A stretch of 64,000 nucleotides of DNA from Candidatus Omnitrophota bacterium (GTDB lineage: Bacteria; Omnitrophota; Gorgyraeia; Zapsychrales; Zapsychraceae). The stretch lies in assembly GCA_050250375.1 (NCBI GenBank), contig JBFWOS010000003.1, forward strand, positions 739,359 to 803,358, in the 5' to 3' direction. The notes beneath the pieces are model-generated. The model searched no databases and had not been told where the DNA came from. It saw nothing but the letters and a program-made list of their open reading frames with translations. Shown one piece after another: positions 59,923 through 64,000 of this stretch (its first letter is position 1; every line of letters starts with the position of its first letter). A program made the translations under genes and the position numbers.

Positions 59923-61950
59923 ATGAAAATTAGTTTAAATTGGTTAAAAGATTATGTAAAGCCCGGCGTAACTAAAGATATTCTTGCCCATAAATTAACT
60001 ATGGCCGGGCTAGAGGTAGAAAACGTCTCCACGAAGGATGGCGATACGGTGTTTGAGCTTGAAATAACGCCGAATCGTGCAGACTGCTTGAGTTTGCTGG
60101 GCTTGGCGCGTGAAATTTCTGCTATATTGGATAAACCGCTTATTGATCCACGTATTAAACCGACCGCCGCTCCTAAAGGAAAGATTCCAATTACTGTTCA
60201 AGAGACGAAAGACTGCCGCGTATACACAGCTGCTCTGATTGAGAATGTTATCGTCAAGGATTCGCCCAATTGGATAAAAGAAAGGATATCTGCGTTAGGT
60301 ATTCGTCCAATTAACAATTTGGTTGATATTACTAATTTTTGTTTAATGGCGTATGGACAGCCGCTACATGTTTTCGATTTTGATAAAATTGAAGGTGGCT
60401 ATGTGGAGGTTCGTCGTTCTAAAAAAGGCGAGAAAATAATAACGCTTGATGGTGTGGAGCGGGAGTTAGATCCATCAATTTTAGTTGTTGCAGACGCTAA
60501 AAAGCCGGTGGCAATCGCGGGTATTATGGGTGGGAAATTAACGGAAGTAACACCTACGACTAAAAATGTATTGCTTGAGAGTGCGTATTTTGACCCTATA
60601 GTAACCAGACGGGCGTCACGTAAGTTGGGTTTAACCAGTGATTCTTGTTATCGTTTTGAACGGGGAGTGGATATTGCTGGGGTTGTCAAGGTGTCACAAC
60701 GCGCCATAAATTTAATTTTGGAAATCGGTGGAGGAAAAATAATAAAATACGGAAAAGCAGGGTCAGTGGTTGTAAAAAATCAAAAGGCCATTACGTTGCG
60801 TTTGGAAAAAATTAACTCTTATCTGGGGTCAGAAATTTCATTGTCAAAGATAAAAAAAATAATGGCGCAGTTGAATTTTAAGGTAACTATATCTAAGGCG
60901 CTTATGAGTGTTGTTCCGCCGTCCTCTAGGAGTGATATAAAATCAGATGTGGACGTCATTGAGGAAATCGCAAGAATTATCGGATATGACAATTTGCCAG
61001 AGACCGTTCCAAATATCAAGATTTCAAATATAAAAACAAATCCGCAACGATTGACCAGGAACAGGATTAGAGACTTTATTATTGCGCAAGGATTCGACGA
61101 AGCGATTAGTTTTTCATTGCTTAACCGAAGCGCGCTAATACAATCAAAAGTACAGAGTGAAGATGTCGTTTACATAACAAATCCGTTATCATTGGATCAA
61201 GAGGTTCTGCAGCCGTCGATGCTGCCGTGTCTATTATCCGTTTTAAGAACGAATATTAATCGGGGACAAAAAGACTTGAAAGTATTTGAACTTGGAAAAA
61301 TTTATCTATCGAATGGAGAAGAACGTGAGATGGTAAGTTTGATTATGACCGGAACACAACGGCATGATTGGAGAGATCGGGTTAAACCATCCGTTGATAT
61401 TTACGATTTAAAAGGCACATTGGAGCAGATGTTTCATCATATGACAATTGAAGATGTCCAATTTATAAAAAAGGACAAGAATGTTCTAGAGCAGAACCAA
61501 AGTATAATTCTAGAAATAAATCAAAAGGAAATCGGTTATCTAGGTGAAGTTGACAATACAATTCTGCAGAATTACGGTATTAAGAAAGAAGGGGTTTTAT
61601 TCGCTCAAGTTGAAATTCCGTTTCAAAATATGATGGATCTAGGTAAACGAAAGTATGTTCCTTATTCCAATTTTCCAGCTATTATGCGCGATGTCAGCTT
61701 ATCGGTCGCGCAATCGGTCAATTTCGAAACTATTAGAGCCTTGGCAATGAAAGAAGGCGGCGACTTGTTGAAGTGGGTGTCGTTTACAGAGTTGTATCTA
61801 GGAGAGAAAATCCCTGCAGGTATGAAAGGGCTGATTTTTTCATTGTTATATCAATCGGATGAGAGGACCCTTACAGAAGGAGAGGTAAACGAAATTCACC
61901 AGAAAATCCTGAACAGTTTGACAGGTATTCTAAAGGCAACGATACGATAA
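59923..61950 (+). CDS. pheT: Phenylalanine--tRNA ligase beta subunit (short form lacking the B2 OB-fold)
   Basis: MKISLNWL, AGLEVE joined almost directly to EITPNRADCLS; LLESAYF; C-terminal RDVS...RTLT. Confidence 0.97.
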   Translation: MKISLNWLKDYVKPGVTKDILAHKLTMAGLEVENVSTKDGDTVFELEITPNRADCLSLLGLAREISAILDKPLIDPRIKPTAAPKGKIPITVQETKDCRVYTAALIENVIVKDSPNWIKERISALGIRPINNLVDITNFCLMAYGQPLHVFDFDKIEGGYVEVRRSKKGEKIITLDGVERELDPSILVVADAKKPVAIAGIMGGKLTEVTPTTKNVLLESAYFDPIVTRRASRKLGLTSDSCYRFERGVDIAGVVKVSQRAINLILEIGGGKIIKYGKAGSVVVKNQKAITLRLEKINSYLGSEISLSKIKKIMAQLNFKVTISKALMSVVPPSSRSDIKSDVDVIEEIARIIGYDNLPETVPNIKISNIKTNPQRLTRNRIRDFIIAQGFDEAISFSLLNRSALIQSKVQSEDVVYITNPLSLDQEVLQPSMLPCLLSVLRTNINRGQKDLKVFELGKIYLSNGEEREMVSLIMTGTQRHDWRDRVKPSVDIYDLKGTLEQMFHHMTIEDVQFIKKDKNVLEQNQSIILEINQKEIGYLGEVDNTILQNYGIKKEGVLFAQVEIPFQNMMDLGKRKYVPYSNFPAIMRDVSLSVAQSVNFETIRALAMKEGGDLLKWVSFTELYLGEKIPAGMKGLIFSLLYQSDERTLTEGEVNEIHQKILNSLTGILKATIR

Positions 61951-61990
61951 AATAGAATTTATTGACTATTATGTTATAATAGCTTCTAAA

Positions 61991-62147
61991 GAAACTCCCT
62001 GCTGTGTGCGTTAGGGGGATAAAAAAATGAACCTAACATGTAAAACGGGACGCCTAAGATCTAATTTGCCTTTGGGCTGTTAGCAAGGGTACCCACTTGG
62101 TGACTGGTTCACCATTTATATCTCTCGACGGCATGAGCGGGGATTTC
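61991..62147 (+). ncRNA. ssrS: 6S RNA
   Basis: 5' ccctgctgtgtgcgt pairs with 3' acggcatgagcgggg in a long rod; extended -10 TGtTATAAT at 61972-61980; lies upstream of the ygfA-type gene. Confidence 0.8.
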
Positions 62148-62314
62148 ACTTTTGTAAGACGTTGTATTTCAAGGCTTTAAAAATCGATTAGCCCCAAAAC
62201 CTATCCCTGAAACCATCTCTCCCAGGCCTTATAATTTAAGATTGTATAAATTTTAAAATAATGTTATGATATGCCACATCATGAATTTAAAAAGGTCTAT
62301 TAATTAACTAAAAA

Positions 62315-62872
62315 GTGCGATTTAGTACAAAAAAGGATCTACGAGAAAAGGTCAAAACGCTTTTAAGGAGTCAGGAGGAGGAAAAGCGGTTAGAAAAAAG
62401 TTTATTGATTAAAAATAAACTTTTTAATATGGATGTGTTTCACCGCGCATCTAATATTCTGTTTTATGCATCATTTGATGGGGAAGTGGATACATTTGAC
62501 ATGATAATTAGTTCAATAAAATTGGGTAAGACTGTGGGATTGCCTGTAATCAAAAAGGACAGCACACAGCTTTTGCCCAGAATAATTCATAGTTTTGAAA
62601 GAGATTTGGAAAAAGGCCCGTATGGTATTAAGCAACCTAAAATTAATCCGGAAAATGAGATGAAAACGATCGATTTGGTCATAGTCCCTGGTATTGTGTT
62701 CGATAAACGCAATTACCGAATAGGACGAGGGGCGGGGTTTTATGACCGGTTTTTGAGTACATTATCGGATAAGATTTATACATTAGGTTTGGCTTTTGAC
62801 TTTCAAATTATTGAACGCTTTCCTCAGATTGATCAACATGATGTTCCCGTAAAACATGTTCTTACCAATTAA
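62315..62872 (+). CDS. ygfA: 5-formyltetrahydrofolate cyclo-ligase
   Basis: GEVDT, YGIKQP, DLVIVPGIVFD, RIGRGAGFYDRFL, HDVPV. Confidence 0.93.
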   Translation: MRFSTKKDLREKVKTLLRSQEEEKRLEKSLLIKNKLFNMDVFHRASNILFYASFDGEVDTFDMIISSIKLGKTVGLPVIKKDSTQLLPRIIHSFERDLEKGPYGIKQPKINPENEMKTIDLVIVPGIVFDKRNYRIGRGAGFYDRFLSTLSDKIYTLGLAFDFQIIERFPQIDQHDVPVKHVLTN

Positions 62873-62944
62873 CCGCCAGGTATTCTTCCAAAGATGATTA
62901 TCAACAGTTTTTTCTCGTGATACAGATATTGAGAGGAGTTTTAT

Positions 62945-64000
62945 ATGACCGAAGAAGTTGGTATTTATACGCAGAGTATTATATTGTCCATTATTGTCAT
63001 GGTTTCTGTTTTGGCCGGATATTTATTGCGTTGGTTTTTTGCCAGCAAGAAATTCAGAGATGCCCAAGCTATGGCAAAAGACATCATCGAACAAGCCAAG
63101 AGGGAAGCAGATAATAGAAAAAAGGAAGTAGAGCTTCATGGAAAAGACTTGTTGTTAAAAATGCGCCAGGAATTTGAAGCCGAAACCAAAGAACGCCGTG
63201 AAGAAACCATATTGGTCGAAAAGCGCCTTCTTCAGAAAGAAGAGAATCTGGATAAACGGGTCGATCTGCTGGAAAGAAAGGAAAAGGATATAGATGCCCG
63301 ATTAATGGCTTTAAAAGCAAATGAAGAAAAGGTTTCTGAAAAAAAGAACAATTTAAATCAGTTGATTGAGGAAGAAAAACAGCGGTTACAGAAAATTTCT
63401 TCAATGACAGAAGAAGAGGCCAAGAAGCTTTTACTTTCGAGAATTGATGAAGAGTTATTACAGGAAAAAGCAGCCCGTATCCGATCGATGGAAGATGAAA
63501 TCAAAGATTCGTCCGAAAAAAAGGCCAGGGAAGTGGTTAGTGTTGCAATTCAACGGTGCTCTTCGGAACATACGGCAGCTTCCACGGTAACGGTCGTGCT
63601 TCTTCCGAGCGATGAAATGAAAGGCCGTATAATCGGTCGTGAAGGTAGAAACATCCGTGCGTTGGAAGCAGCTGCGGGAGTAGATATCATTATTGACGAT
63701 ACTCCGGAAGCGGTAACTATTTCAGGGTTCGATATGTATAGACGGGAAACCGCCAGAATAGCACTTGAAAACCTTATAGCTGATGGCAGAATTCATCCCG
63801 GGCGGATTGAAGAGGTTGTAGAAAAAGCCAAAAAAGAGATGGAGACTATCATTAAAGAAGAGGGTGAGAAGACAGCCTTTGATTTAGGGATTCATGGCAT
63901 GCATCCTGAGTTATTGAAATTGGTTGGCCGACTGAAGTTTAGAACCAGTTATGGTCAAAATGGTTTACAACACACCAGAGAAGTTTCAATGTTGATCGGA
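62945..64000 (+). CDS. rny: Ribonuclease Y, 3'-partial (not in the ORF track)
   Basis: ATG 62945, N-terminal TM, coiled coil, [40 protein letters not shown]. Confidence 0.96.
   Translation, partial: MTEEVGIYTQSIILSIIVMVSVLAGYLLRWFFASKKFRDAQAMAKDIIEQAKREADNRKKEVELHGKDLLLKMRQEFEAETKERREETILVEKRLLQKEENLDKRVDLLERKEKDIDARLMALKANEEKVSEKKNNLNQLIEEEKQRLQKISSMTEEEAKKLLLSRIDEELLQEKAARIRSMEDEIKDSSEKKAREVVSVAIQRCSSEHTAASTVTVVLLPSDEMKGRIIGREGRNIRALEAAAGVDIIIDDTPEAVTISGFDMYRRETARIALENLIADGRIHPGRIEEVVEKAKKEMETIIKEEGEKTAFDLGIHGMHPELLKLVGRLKFRTSYGQNGLQHTREVSMLIG

Overview
Bacterial chromosomal window spanning the replication origin. Genes read leftward up to dnaA and rightward from rpmH. The right half is housekeeping: gyrA-gyrB-dciA-dnaN-dnaA | rpmH-yidC-jagN-parS-parA-parB-ndk-yicC-gmk-rpoZ-coaC-tRNAs-thrS-infC-rpmI-rplT-pheST-6S RNA-ygfA-rny. 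The left half is one co-oriented minus-strand surface-machine locus with two parts. (i) An unusual Tad/type IVc pilus cluster: 12 prepilin-like genes (one missing from the ORF track), a 1293-aa Cys-rich TadG-like protein, a CpaE-TadA double-ATPase fusion, a secretin fused to a TonB C-terminal domain, and a transposase-like HTH protein. (ii) A giant ORF absent from the ORF track because it runs off the left edge: start 15241, at least 5080 codons. It carries a signal-like segment, a C39 peptidase triad followed by a double-glycine-like motif, two Gly/Ala-rich hydrophobic blocks and a SecA-DEAD-like P-loop domain. Both the giant gene and the pilin array lie behind a sigma70-type promoter, a structured leader and an intrinsic terminator. 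The combination suggests Omnitrophota (OP3) and a contact-dependent attachment or predation apparatus; both points are inference.
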